Below the pieces are notes generated by a model. The model made no database searches. It was given only the letters and a program-made list of their open reading frames with translations, and was not told the origin of the DNA. From Octopus sinensis (taxonomy: Eukaryota), in the NCBI RefSeq assembly GCF_006345805.1, contig NC_043002.1, positions 65,224,001 through 65,288,000 on the forward strand: a stretch of DNA of 64,000 nucleotides. Direction: 5' to 3'. Made by a program: the position numbers and the translations under genes. Below, in pieces: positions 12,953-28,490 of the stretch (positions are counted from its first letter, which is position 1; every line of letters begins with the position of its first letter).

Positions 12953-13370
12953 GGTAATCACCCTCAATATCTCGGTTTACCTATCGCACCCTCAGTACAT
13001 CGCGGATTTTTCTGGTTAGTATATGTAAATTTATATCGCGGACTCCTTAGTATATCCCAGGTTTCTGCGGCCGATAGGTATTTATATTTTTTTAAGATTT
13101 TAATTATTTTTGTGGTAAAATAAGCATCTTCACGCCTAAAAATTAATATACTAATAAAAATATAGTACAGTGATGCGCTGTATAACACATTAATTAAAAA
13201 ATATGAAAAGCAAATACGTAGTGTACAGTAGAATAAATAAAGAATCGCACATATTGTATCGAAAAGGAAACTCGGGAAGCGAATATGTGGAGTTTTGCAT
13301 ATATGATAAAATATAGACCGAGGTGGACGGAGGAAGACAGGGCATAGTGGTTATTCAGGGTTTGAGAGGG
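12953..13370 (+). mobile_element. Probable Tigger/pogo-type non-autonomous element, left part
   Basis: TA then gtaatcaccctcaatatctcggtttacctatcgcaccctcagtacatcgcggattttt resembles Tigger-type termini; right end not found. Confidence 0.4.
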
Positions 13371-13382
13371 AGAGAGTGAAGT

Positions 13383-13789
13383 ATGAGAGAATTAGGAGGG
13401 AGCTTAAAAGGAGTGTGTGTGGTTTGTGGGAGGTGTTTGAATCGTGAAGGCCTGGTCAGCCATCAAAAATCTCACAGGAATCGACCCATGATAAACAGTT
13501 ATGTGGCTATTACAATTCACAAAACATGTGTAAAATATGGAAGGGTGTGCCTCTCAGCTGCAGGTCTGAGAAGACACGTTAAGAGACTGCATATAGTGGT
13601 ACCTGTTTCTCCTACCAGCCAGAACAGCTGTGCAGTATGTAACAAAATGTGTAAAATTTTGGCTGGGCTTAAAAGTCATATAAGGGTATCACATGGCATC
13701 AATAAGGAATCATTTCAGTAAGTCGTTTTAACAATGATTTTTGTCATGTAATGAGGGTGCAGCTACGATATATGTGTATGTATACATAT

Positions 13790-13790
<1 letters not shown>
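13383..13790 (+). mobile_element. 3' end of an RTE-type LINE with three degenerate C2H2 zinc fingers
   Basis: CVVCGRCLNREGLVSHQKSH; CVKYGRVCLSAAGLRRHVKRLH; CAVCNKMCKILAGLKSHIRVSH, then stop and short 3' UTR. Confidence 0.6.
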
Positions 13791-14098
<308 letters not shown>

Positions 14099-14510
14099 TT
14101 TGTGTGTATGTGCATGTGTGTGTTTATGCATATACAAATGGATATGCTTATATATTACTTGCATTTAATGTTATGGAGTAAACTGTAAACATTAAATGAA
14201 ACAGAATTCTACAGCATCGCGTAGTGAATCTACTTTTCCCTCAAAGAGATATAGATTTGACAGCATATGTCTCATTAATAATGCGACATTTGCTTCCAAA
14301 CTTACGATTAAAAATTGGCCTTTACCGTTCGGAAGATATTATTTTGCGCCTAAAGTTACATTCCTCTTCCCATTTGCTAACCGATCTATTTCCCAAAGAC
14401 TATCGAGTATGATACGCTCAGCCTGTATTAGTACATACAATATTTTCTCTACCAGAATGATACAACTGGTAAGCAAAGTTATTTTTTTGTCACTAAGTAT
14501 AATACCAAAA

Positions 14511-14620
14511 GTGGAAGCGCATGGCCTAGTGGTTAGGGTGTCAGCATCATGATCGTAACAGTGAGGTTTCGAATCCTGAACCGGGCGAAGCGTTGTGCTC
14601 GTGAGTAAAACACTTTCTTT
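14511..14620 (+). mobile_element. tRNA-derived SINE head, truncated
   Basis: A box tggcctagtggttagg, B box ggtttcgaatcc; related to 47994-48287. Confidence 0.7.
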
Positions 14621-16249
14621 CTAAAATTGTATGTTGTTTACACAATAATGAAATGAATACTAGTTTTTAAATTTAAAATGTTTATTAAATTATAGCAAAA
14701 ATTAATGCAATACTTTTTTTTCTTTGTATATGCATTAGATGTTACAATTAACTATATTACTGTTTAACTATCAATTAATATAGTACAGTTTTCGCTTGTA
14801 TGTAGCATGACCTAATATTAACCACACTGGTAAATGTATATTATAAGTAACGATAAAGCTTTGTAAACAAAAGCGGTGAAACACCAGTGGCGAATCAGTA
14901 TCATCTCACAGTTAAGACTGCAATTTACTCAGTTAACAGGCTTGGGTCGTAGTTGTAGACACAGGAGTAGTAGGGGATAGTAAATTAATAATAGTAAGGG
15001 ATTAATAGAGTTAAACAGTTATTAGATGTATTAATTTGTACTAAGGGAAGGCGGTAAGCTGGAAAAAAACATTACCACGTCGTACAAAATAATTAGCGCC
15101 GAGGTCCATTCCGTTCTTCCGTTCGAAACCGATAGAATAATGTACCAGTCAAGTACTTAAGTCTATGTAAGTGACTTATCCCTTCACCTTAAAATTACTG
15201 GCTTTCACCTAGTAATGGACCGCCGTTCTCAACAGCGGGGTGTAGTATGGGGGAGGAATGGTGTGTTGTTGGATACTTATAAAACATGGAAACCTGATGT
15301 GTACTAGGGCTCGAGAAAAGAATTTTAATAAGGGGCGTGCCGTTACTTAAGTATCGAAAAATTAAGACCAGTTTTTTATACGTATTTAAATTTATTTGGA
15401 TTTTATGGAAATATGGAAACACCATAAAATCTTTCAATCAGACGAAGGAAAAAAAACCTCAAGATGAGGAAATCCTGAAGGAGTTGTCTTCGCTCAAGTA
15501 GAATTTTCACATTCTCTGTCATCTTATTGTAGACACTCTCTCCCATCCCCTTACCACATGCACTCAGCAATAAGAAGCAGCAGCAGCAGCTGTGGTTACC
15601 AGTCAATTAATTATGTGTAAGCTTATTTAATTGTACGTATAGAAGTTTGTGTGTATGTACGTATGAGTGGTTATGTGCATGTTCGCTACTACTTTTAACT
15701 ATTTGAAGTCTTCTTGTAAAGAAGGAACTCGTTTCCAAGAAGCATACAAAGTTCCCTAGCTGGAATGTAGATAACAAGAACGATTTTCCATTTTGATCTC
15801 AATATTTTTACCTTTCCCATTATAGCGAGTTAGCTGGTTGATATCGTTTTCTGCAAACCCTCGCTATTCCAGACTTTCACGTAGGAATCTACTAAGAAAC
15901 TAAGTGTTCCAATTGTTATTGTTATAACTGGGAATTTATTTATTATCTGGGAATAGACGCAGCAGGTTTCACTGCAGTTTCCTATATTCATCCTATTAAA
16001 TTTTGATTTTCGAAGAGATAATCACATCCGAAGCTCAGTTGATCACTATGACGATTCATACTATGTATGCATGCGTGTATGTATGTATGTATGCATGTAT
16101 GTATGTATGTATGTATGTATGTATGTATGTATGTATGTATACGTGTGTGTGTATGTATGTATGTACGTGTGTACTATGTATGTGTGTATGTATGCATGTA
16201 TGTAAGCATGTATGTATATACTATGTATGTATGCATTGATGTATGCATG

Positions 16250-16790
16250 TATTTGTGTATGTCATTCTGCTTATTTCAAGCTTTCTTGCCAATAGATAAC
16301 GAACCAGTTTCTAACCTAGATCCAAGGCTCCTTCCTTGGAATTTCAGCATCAACAACAGGGTATTTTTGTATGTTTGTATGTATGTATGTATGTGTAGAT
16401 TTCTATGTTTTATGTGTGTATTCTCATGCATATGTTTGCATATCGAGATATGCTCATATATATTTAAATGATAAACTTCAGGAAAGTTTTACAGATGTTT
16501 ACAGTTCCAGTGATAGAAGGAATCTTCAGTCTTCAAATTAGCTTTCCCCATTCTGGTTTTGAGAAGCCTAATTCTTTAAGATTGGTATTTAGGTAGTGTG
16601 TTATATATCCCAGGGCCCCAATAATTACAGGTATAAACTTGAACTTGTAATTTGGATAGGGTAACTGCAGATTTCTCAATAATTCAGCATAGGTGTTCTC
16701 TTTCTGACTGACCTTCAGTTTTACGTTAACATCCACTGGACTGCTAATTTCCACAACTGTGCACAGTTTCTCTTCTCTATCCCGAATCAT
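16250..16790 (-). mobile_element. 3' end of a CRE/NeSL-like REL-endonuclease LINE embedded in (CATA)n
   Basis: MIRDREEKLCTVVEISSPVDVNVKLKVSQKENTYAELLRNLQ..YPNYKFKFIPVIIGALG..GTV.ICKTF; 3' UTR runs into (CATA)n, and (TATG)n lies on both sides. Confidence 0.8.
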
Positions 16791-16899
16791 TATGTATGTA
16801 TATATGTATGTTTGTATGTATGTATGTATGTATGTATATTGTATGTATGTATGTGTGTATGTATGTATATATGTATGTATGTTGCAGTGTGTGCATTTG

Positions 16900-18060
16900 T
16901 TTGTGTAAGGATTCGCGATTTTTCTGCAATGCTTTAATATAGCATCGCTTTCAAATAACAAGGAGACAAACCATCTTTAAACCATAATGTGCTAAGTGAA
17001 CGATGTGTTTTAGGATCTCTTCAGACCTCATTAACGTCAAATTTGGAATCTGAAGTCTTTTGACCATGTCGAGTTTTCAACCTCGCTTTCATAATCGGAT
17101 TATTGGCATCTCCATTAGCATTAGGCATTAGTTTTTAAATAGTAAGCATGAAACAATTTATCAATGAAACAAATACTTTAGTCATACTTTTTGCTCTCCA
17201 TCTAGTTTTCTCTATTTCTTTATATTTCTGGTTCGTTTTCTCAACCCTCCTTGTATCCATGTATGAATACAAAGTGTATATTGATATGAAATGGAAAGCA
17301 TAAGTAAAATAAAACCTATTGGATGAATGATTAGGTGTAATTTAGAAGAGGCTAAATGTACGTATAAATAAGATTCATAATTGAAAATATGATGACGCAC
17401 TTGGTAACGGTGTAGTTTTGTGCTGGATGGTGGTACTTTGAGATTCAGGCGAAGCGATTGGTTCCATATTTCGGCACTGTGTTATTCGATAGATATTGAA
17501 AGAAGTGCATGCATAAAATATGCGCTGCGGCAAGTAAAGTGTTCATAGCGTTCTCATAGATGGTGCATTTATTGTAATATTGCAAACATGTGATAAGGTG
17601 TGATGTTATCAAATATATCAAATATGTATATATTTGTTATATATATATATATATATATATATCATTCTGCATATTTTGCTTAACGTAGATATGTTGTAGA
17701 AAGTCGGAAAAGTACAGTATTACAGTATTGTTACAGGTAAGCATCTCATATTGACGTGTATGTGTGTGTGTTTGTGTGTGTGTGTCTGTGTGTCTGCTTC
17801 TGCATTATTTTCTACAACAAATTTTTTGAATTCTTCCTGTAAAGACTTAACTGGTTTCTAAGCAAGATACAAAGCTCCGTCTTTTGGAATGTTTATAACG
17901 AACATACAGAACTTGACATACTGAACTTTTCTACTGTTCCATGCGCGTGTAAGTAGGTTGATTTGCTTCTTCATTTCTTTTTCCTGCAAGCCCTATCTTT
18001 TCGGAATTTTCTTATAACCATTCATTACAGGAATCGGTTCTTTTTTTCGATTTTATTCAA
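16900..18060 (-). pseudogene. Unidentified decayed coding sequence (probably a transposon ORF), with paralogous fragments at 15690-15900 (-) and 24190-24500 (+)
   Basis: Shared motifs NLTLMRSEEILK.I..L..YGL and LY..WK.V.SLQE.FK between copies, with several synonymous third-position changes. Confidence 0.5.
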
Positions 18061-18662
18061 AGAAATTTTATTAATCCACTTAAAAATATTACTGACTAAG
18101 TTTTCAAAACTATAAGCCGGTTACAAGAGCAAATATTAAGAGACGACATTGTTTCTTCATTTGATGTACAATAAAAATTCTACTAGTATAGACCTACACT
18201 AATCTAGTCTCCCATCTAAGAAACTTATGATTTTATGTTTAGTAGTAACGGTTATTTTTAGGTCAAAAAGTTGTAAAAGGTTAATAAGGGATTTAATAAA
18301 TGTTCCTTATATATGACTACTTACGTGTCTTGAATGAACTGACCCATCAATTTCAAAATTTCAAAATTCTTATACGTTTTTTTAATTATCTTATCGTTTG
18401 CTTGCTTCATTCATTAGACTGCAGCCACGCTGGGGCACCGCTGTGAAAAACTTTAGTCGAATGTATCGACACCGGTTCTTTATTTTTAAGCTTGGTGCTT
18501 ATACTAACCGTTTATTTTACCGAACTGTTACATGGACGGAAACACAACAGCATCGATTGTCCAGCGGTGGTGGTGAAAAACACACAAACACACGCACATA
18601 CACACAAATGAACACACAAACACACAAACACACACACATACACACATACACATATATATATT

Positions 18663-19038
18663 GTGAAGTATATTTGCCACCTAAGTATGGCTGACCCATA
18701 TGGGACGATGCTACGGTTGTTTATAGCCCCAGGAAGACATCTCCTCCAGCTGGCTAACGACTCACTGTCAGTGCCCGATCAGTATTTGGGAAGGGAAATC
18801 ATCGTTCCTATCTCTAGCGTGATTGTTACACGCTGATGACGGGATACTATTCAGAAACCAGGGTCCGTGTGTATGACGTAAGGCTAGAGATAGGAACGAT
18901 GATTTCCTTTCGCAAAAACTGATCGGGCACAAATAATATGTCGTTAGCCAGCTGGAGGAGATGTCTTCCTGGGGTTATGAACAACAGTAGCATCATCCCT
19001 TATGGATCAGCCACATTTAGGTAGCAAATATACTTCAC
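18663..19038. repeat. Fold-back cassette P2: about 155-bp inverted arms (18663-18818 / 18883-19038) around a hammerhead
   Basis: For example ccccaggaagacatctcctccagctggctaacgac versus gtcgttagccagctggaggagatgtcttcctgggg. Confidence 0.9.
18828..18870 (+). ncRNA. Minimal type-I hammerhead ribozyme motif (core intact)
   Basis: ACACG-CTGATGA-[CGGGATACTATTCA]-GAAAC CAGG GTC^CGTGT; perfect 5-bp stem I, GUC triplet. Confidence 0.75.
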
Positions 19039-19559
19039 CATGTCGTGCTGCTACTGCTTATATCTCGCTCAGAGATTTATTATTGCTATATATATATATG
19101 CGACGGGCTTCTTTCAGTTTCTGTCTACAAAACTCACTCAGAAAGCTTTGGTCGTCCCGAGGCTGTTGTGCCACACTGTAGGACTGAACCCAGAACCACG
19201 TGATTGTGAAGCAATAGCTTACCACATAGCCATTTCTGTCATTTTTACCCCAAGGTGGTCGTTCCAAGCGCTTAAAATCCATCGGAAATTTTTCAAACGT
19301 TTATGACTTTACACTCAGGCAATGTCAAAACCGCTTAAGAAATCAATGAAATAAATGTAACGATGTCAAACCGAGTGAACTTAGACTTGTGTTTAAACTA
19401 TTATAATGGACTACATAATACTATTGGACTATATAATGATTAGACTGATATTATTCCGTTGCTTCAGTCTCATCTTTTTCCTAACGTTTTTATTATTTTT
19501 TTCTTGAGAAAGCAAAGGATATAATTAAGTGCATTCGATAGAAAGCAGTCTTCCGCAAA

Positions 19560-20380
19560 TTTGATATCACGGAAATGACCACAGTACCTCTAGCGTATTA
19601 AACACGAGCAAGAGTACAGAGGTTTAAACAAATTAAACCTTTCAAACGTGACCTCTTAGACATGTTAGCTAACACACGCTTCCGTGCGCCCATTAACTCT
19701 TTCGACAACGACGTTAGCGCACACAAAAATATTCCTAAAACTAGTTGCGGATAGTTAGATACGTAAATAGATAGCAGTGAATATTATAGAATATTCTCTT
19801 TCTAAAGAAAGATAGCACATATATACAATACTTAATGACATCTCCTAATATTCCAAAACGGCTATTGTCAAAAAATTAGCTAAAATTGAAATTGGATAAA
19901 ATCTCAATAACATAAAGAAATATATTATGAGATTGGTTTACAAAGATAACTTTTCTTCGATACCAAATACAGATTAATTGCATCAGTTTGAAGTAATATC
20001 TAAAGAAAATTAATTATAATATTAGAAATGCAACCAAATGCCAGCTATAGAATAATGGTGGTATAGTAATTAGTTGGTTCAATAGAATTAAAACGAATAT
20101 TACTAATAACATTTGCTATGATTCTAAGATCGCTCAAGTTGAATTCGTTGAATATAATCTTTTAATTTTGAAATCAATACAAATAACCGCCCTTGGCATC
20201 TCTAGAGCGCATATTAATTTGGATGTTAATAATATTAATTATACTATGCATGAGAGAATAACACTGGTCTTCGACAAAGAATAGGGCGATCGTTAATAAG
20301 CTTAGCATAGTAAATTTCGTAGACATCACCGACGATTCCAGTACAAATGTAACGCAGCTTGATAGTAAACCCAATGAAAA
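19560..20380 (+). mobile_element. Highly decayed Penelope-like RT fragment (different subfamily from 7365-8460)
   Basis: IKPFKRDLLDMLANTRFR; IRNATK..L*NNG.IVISWFNRIK...VEFVEY; ALGISRAHINLD.NNINYTMHERITLVFD resemble the PLE RT type with W.N..SVI.WF / FD.VEFYPSI / IIMH.RKSLLF. Confidence 0.55.
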
Positions 20381-20563
20381 AACTATCATGTATCAGTTAT
20401 GGTGTTCATATACATGTTCATATACATGCGCCATTCACAAGAAACTGAATGTGTATGAGGATTACCAATGTCTCATATAAGAAAATATACCTTCCTGAAA
20501 GAAGTTCCTTATTACATTAGTTATTTGCGGTTACAGGATTTAAACATTACTACATTCCACTCT

Positions 20564-20868
20564 GTGGAGTCACGTGGTCTAGTGGTTAGAGCAGTTGACA
20601 CGCGGTCGAGGGATCGCGAGTTCGAATGCCAGACCGGGCGATGTGTGTGTTTATGAGCGAAACACATAAGCTTCACGCGGCTCCAGCAGAAGGTAATGGC
20701 GAACTTCTGCTGACTAATTCACCACAACTTTCTCTCACTCCTTCCTCCTGCATCTAGCAGCTCACCTGCGACGGACCGGCATCTCGTCCAGGTCGGGAAC
20801 TTATACCCCAATGAAACCGGGAAACCGGCCCTTATGAGCCAGGTATGGCTCGAGAAGGAACAAATTAC
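20564..20868 (+). mobile_element. tRNA-derived SINE
   Basis: A and B boxes; homologous copies at 52269-52568 and 63048-63324. Confidence 0.85.
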
Positions 20869-21759
20869 AACATTCCACTCCAAAATCTTGATTGATACAC
20901 CTCGCACTCTATTATTCCCTTTATTTTGAATGAATTTTCTCCACAATACTCCATATGTGTTTGCCTTACTATCTCACAAACATGAACCCTACAACGGCCA
21001 ATTCTACGGTCAGCAGGGAAGCCAACCAGTCGCCGTGTATAAGCTTACACGTACACACACATTCACACATTCCAGCATATACGTGAGTGCGTGAAACATG
21101 CCATGCAGGTTCTGAGTGAAATGCTGGGGCGCAGTTGTGACATAGGGCATGTCTTAGCCAATTGTTTTCGCTGACAAAGTTCATCCATCTTCGATTCAGG
21201 TCACGAAGCGGATAATTATTATTACAGAAAGAGGGAGATAGAGTGAAAGACAAAAGTGAAGCACTAAAAGAAAAACGGCGGAGAGAGTGACAGAGAGAGA
21301 CAGACAGACAGGAAGGGGTATAAATGCAATACCGTTCATATTATAACACTTATCGGCGCTGAAATAATTAAAGTAACATAAGATTAAGTGTTATCTGAAC
21401 TCAGAAGTGTGCGGAAAATTCACTGCAAAAATTTTGCCGAATAGGAAAATTTGGGGGAAGAAAAATTCGCAGAATGGACAATAATAAGCGTACCATGTCA
21501 GCATTTTTTTTTTAATAATAAAAAAGAATGATTAAAGGTTTTCTAAACGCACTAGAAAGTCAACTCCTTATTTAACGTCTAACTTTAAAAAATATACAAA
21601 CAAGCCTTATGAGATGAGTTAAATCGAAATTTCTTCGGGTGAAATTCCCTAGAACTGAAATCAGAATGTAAAGAATCGGAATGAAGATCACATGGCAATT
21701 CATCAAACATCCTAACACTTAACCAAACACACACATAATCACAGGTACACAGGAACGCA

Positions 21760-23700
<1,941 letters not shown>

Positions 23701-23792
23701 TCTGCGCATAAATCATTACATTTTGTTTCGTGTTAAAAGGTGTCTCTTTTTGTTCAATTTAATAATTATATATACATGCATCATATATACAT

Positions 23793-23860
<68 letters not shown>

Positions 23861-23891
23861 GTATATATATATATATATATATATGTAAACG

Positions 23892-23929
<38 letters not shown>

Positions 23930-24719
23930 TACATACATACACAAACACACACATCCATAAACATATGTATTCATATGTATGTATGTACAGATGTATGCAG
24001 GTATGTATGTATGTATGAATGAATGTAGTATATGTATGTATATGAATGCAATTTTTTTTTTGTAGATAGTCCATTGCATTTCATGCAGAAAGAAAAAAAA
24101 TGTGACAGATGAATTAAATTGAAATTCAGACAGAAAAATAACTTAACAGCAACAAATAATGATAATAAAATAAAATAAAAACGTGAGTACAAAGAAAAGA
24201 AAAAAGAAAATAAACGGAAAAAAAAAGGAGGAAATATAATCGTTTTATTGGCAAATTACCTCCTGCAACAGCTTAGAATCTAATGTTTAAAGCTAATGGA
24301 GACGACAATAATCCGATCACGAAAACGAGGCAGAGCCTCGCCATGATCAAAGGACGTCAGATTTTAAACTTGACATTAATGAGGTCTGAAGAGATCCTAA
24401 AACAGATCATTCAGTTAGTAAGATACGGCTTAAGTAACAGGTTTTCCTCATTACTATTTCAAAGCGATGTGATGTTAAGTGCCTCGCTGAAAAACTAAGT
24501 CAGCACACGTAGATACACAGGAGTACATAAACAGAAGCACACAGACATACACGGACACACATACACTCACACGCAAAACACACACGTACACACACACACA
24601 CACACACTTACATGGGCACTCATTCAATCATATATGCTTATAAACGTACAAGTGTATTAATGCATGATTGCCGGTAGTGGTTATGTATGTATATATATAT
24701 GCCAACAAGCGTGCAAACA

Positions 24720-24762
<43 letters not shown>

Positions 24763-25471
24763 GGGTTCTTAATGATTTGAGAATAAGAGTGCACTTGTTC
24801 AGTCAGCTGCACTGCTTGCTACGTGAATAGACGTATAATATATGTATGTGTAAGTAAAGATACATATATTATAGATACAAAAATGTATAGATAGATAGAT
24901 AGGTACATGTATATATGCTTCACTTCTACCCTATGGGAAACAGCCAGTGGTTGAATGAAACCATCCTTCAAAACACCCCTATTTCCTACATTGAACAAAA
25001 TTCCCCAATGCCTTCCTGTCCCTTACGTCTAAGAAAAAGCAAGCTCTCAACACCATGAGAATTGCTCTAAGTCACTAGACAGAATGGCTTTCATTCACAA
25101 GCGCCAATCTTGGATCACTGCTTGGACTTGGTGTGCGCACTTGCGTTCGTACATCACACTCCTTTCTCGACTATCAAAATGCAGCCTGTTTTGGTACCTG
25201 ATCCAAAGGTTCTCAGTCATTTTTCTTGATTCCTCTTTCATTCTTCTAATCAATTATGAGTCTTTTAGCAGTGAATTCCACGGAAACGTCCGCTTTCACT
25301 GTTCCTTTTCTCCCATTCTCGGTCACTCCCAATGTGCAGAATGACCAACAGCTGTCTCAAGTAAACAAGGCTAAAAATGTTGATGGAAATCCTTACATTA
25401 TGCATGTTGTGCTCCTAAATGATCTCCCATACTCACCAAATTCCGTTGTCTGTCGCTCTCTCTTTCTCTCT

Positions 25472-26135
25472 CTCTTACTTGTTTCAGTCATTAAAATGCG
25501 TCCATGCTGGTTACACCGCCGTGGGAAATTTTTAGTCGAATGAACTGGTGGCAGTATATATTGTATTTATTTTAAATTGGTACTTATGTTATCGGTCTTT
25601 TTGCCCGACCGCTTAGTTACGAGGACGTAAAAGCACCAACATCAGCTATTAGCGGTGGGGGACGAACACCGCCCCAATATATACATATATAAGGGTATCT
25701 GAGAGACACCACCATGCCGAAATAGCAGTCCAGCCCTGACTCTAAAAACCATCTAAAATGTTCATATCGCACCATCAGATAAGACAGAGACAAAATAAAG
25801 TAGCAAAAAGATATTACTGGATAATTCAAGATCCTGGATTTCTAGCTTGAATTATCCAGTAATATCTTTTTGCTAGTTTATTTTGTCTATCTGTCTTATC
25901 TCATGGTGCGATATGAACATTTTAGAAGGTTTTTAGAGTCAAGGTTGGACTGCTATTTCGGCATGGTGATGTCTCTCAGATACCCTTATTTATAGTTGGA
26001 AAAAATTATTACCTTTGTATGGTATTTATTCCCATGCTGGCCACTTGATAATATCGATTTTATCCTTTATTTTTAAAGATTTATATACACAATGAGTTTC
26101 TTTCAGTTTCTATCTATTAAGTCTATTTGCAAGGC
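25472..26135 (-). mobile_element. Composite SINE (3' module 25472-25668, head remnant about 26085-26135) interrupted by cassette P3
   Basis: Module matches as above; the head is eroded. Confidence 0.6.
25689..25989. repeat. Fold-back cassette P3: about 142-bp arms, 15-nt loop; each arm carries an HHR-like relic (CTGA-GA, N7 missing; GAAAT AGCA GTC)
   Basis: ataagggtatctgagagacaccaccatgccgaaatagcagtcc... versus ...ggactgctatttcggcatggtgatgtctctcagatacccttat. Confidence 0.9.
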
Positions 26136-26169
26136 TCTCTTAATCACTCCGCCTGTGTCCGCGAGAAAA

Positions 26170-26365
26170 GTTTCCGTACGTATGCGCGTGTATATGTTGT
26201 ATTCATGTAAATAAGAAAAAATGTATCGTAAATTCTCTTGATTGTAATCAAGTAACTTGATTCAAGAGAAAATCGGGGAAAATATCAGAAACCTATAAAG
26301 GTCACCTTTTATATCTTGAATTAAATACCTTTAAACAACAAACAACCGAGGATAAATGTATGTAT
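26170..26365 (+). repeat. Dispersed direct repeat, diverged second copy at about 30300-30510
   Basis: Shared atcaagtaacttga.tcaaga.aaaatcggggaaaatatcagaaacctat.aagg.cacctttta. Confidence 0.8.
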
Positions 26366-26504
26366 GTGTTATTTATATATTTCTCACTCTCTTTCTCTCA
26401 GTCTTAATCCCTTACTCTCTCTTTGCCTCTCTCTTTGCCTCTCTGTCTTTCCCTTGAACACTGCCAGTCTCCAATACAGCTGGCACTTGGGAACTACTCT
26501 ACTG

Positions 26505-26700
26505 GGTCATTCATCAGGTTTTGATATATCATTTACGATATTTACATTTGACGGATATTTGTCCTCATCTTGTTTTTTGTTAATACACCGTTTCGGCTGA
26601 TATATCCTCCCGCCTTCATCAGATGTCTTGGGGAAATTTCGAACCTGGGACCTCATTCCTAAGGTATTTTTTGATGTTATCATCATCCTCATCATTATTA

Positions 26701-26781
<81 letters not shown>

Positions 26782-26830
26782 TATTATTCAGGTCACTATC
26801 TGGAATCGAACTCTGAATCTTGGGGTTAGT
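26505..26830 (-). mobile_element. PLE-terminal-like repeat with an internal (ATT)n and a hammerhead relic (26582-26627)
   Basis: Minus strand GACAT-CTGATGA-AGGC..GCC-GAAAC GGT GTATT; core and stem II present, cleavage site and stem I mismatched. Confidence 0.55.
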
Positions 26831-27822
26831 AGATATGTTCAGAATACATTGTGATTAGTATGCAAATTTCTTTTGAGCCGGGGTCTTTCTAATTTATCAC
26901 ATCATAACGGTATGTATCAGCGGAGCTCTTTCTGCTCCATTCTTGGTCAAGTTCTGAGTTCCCTAAGTTAACCTATCTCAATTCTCCAATACATGATTTT
27001 TCTCTTATAGGCATATAGTTAGGGAGAGAGTTAGAGAGAGAGAGGGGGGAGAAAGAAAGTGTGTGTGTGTGCGCGTACGAGAGAGAAAGAGAGAGGGAGA
27101 GGCGAAGGTTTCTAATAGAAAATGATGAAATCTACATGGGCAACACATTATGAGATCTCTTAAAGAAAGGAAGTGGTCGGTGTTTGGAGGGAAATTATTT
27201 TTAATCATTGTTCAGTGTCGGATGGGGCATAATAGGATAATATGATTAAGAGTCTGTTTGATGATAGATGTTGAAAGAGATGAAATAAAAATGTTGACAT
27301 GGAACCGCGAGGTTGCAATTTTGAATTCGTCATCTTTCGCCAAAACACATTGTGATCAGTATTGCCAAGGAAAAATATATCGGATGGCAAACTTCAGGTT
27401 TTAAACTAGAAATGAAACTACCATATTGGGACAAATACTATATTCAACAATTTATTGATTCTGCAATGAAGCAATGAAGACTCGTAAGAAGAATATGCAG
27501 TTGTTTCTTGCGATAACCTAGTGTCTTGGCCTAGCAGAGATTTATGTCTCCTCAGCTTCACATCATTAAACCAAGACGTAAGGACGGGCTGCATAGAAAA
27601 AAACAACAAATTTAAAACCTATACACGAACTATGCATTCATTCTTACACACACACACACACACATATATAAATAAATATACATACACTTAAGCTTCTGCC
27701 TAATACGTATATATACTTGTGTATACAAATATATGTGTGGGGGGACAGATTCTCCGCCGGCTAGCTTTCGATGCAACGTTCTGTATATGTATGCATGTAT
27801 AGATATACATATATATATATAC

Positions 27823-27891
<69 letters not shown>

Positions 27892-28169
27892 TATATATGT
27901 GTGTGTCTGTGTGTATACATACATCTCTGTATACATACATGCGCGCACACACACACATATATATACATATATATACGTGTATAAAATGAAAGCAGTTAAA
28001 ATCGTAAACATACCACAATTTCTTTACACATTTATTTAATCTGTCCAGCGATGCAACAATGACTAACTCAACGAATTTCTCTTTTTATATTCCCCAATTC
28101 CAACTCTATAACGATCTATCATTGTTTCTGTCTATCAATCTATACATCCATGTAGTTATCTATATGTAT

Positions 28170-28359
28170 CTATCTGTCCGCCCGCCTGCCTGCTTGTCTA
28201 TCTCTCTATTGGTCTAACTATTTACCTATCTATCAATCTATCTACCTATTTACCTACCTATCTGTTTATCCATCCATGTATCAGTCTATTTGTCTACCAA
28301 CTTGCTTATCTATCAATCTGTTTATCAATCTATGCATGTATGTATCTATCTATCTATCA

Positions 28360-28405
<46 letters not shown>

Positions 28406-28422
28406 AATCTATCTATCTATCG

Positions 28423-28490
<68 letters not shown>

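Larger units (their letters stand above)
18398..19235 (-). mobile_element. Composite SINE (head 19098-19235, 3' module 18398-18590) interrupted in its microsatellite spacer by cassette P2
   Basis: Both modules match the uninterrupted copy at 53476-53977. Confidence 0.75.

Noticed and set aside
13383-13721. Host C2H2 zinc-finger gene
   Set aside because: Irregular linkers, no splice context, and a stop followed by a short UTR and simple-repeat tail fit a LINE C-terminus better.
16920-17260. piggyBac transposase assignment
   Set aside because: The apparent RW..VF motif is not conserved in the 24190-24500 paralog and spacing to upstream motifs is wrong; no TTAA or TIRs seen.
25000-25380. RTE-like 3' fragment on the minus strand
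   Set aside because: Only a vague DR.EW.K similarity with many stops; not supportable.
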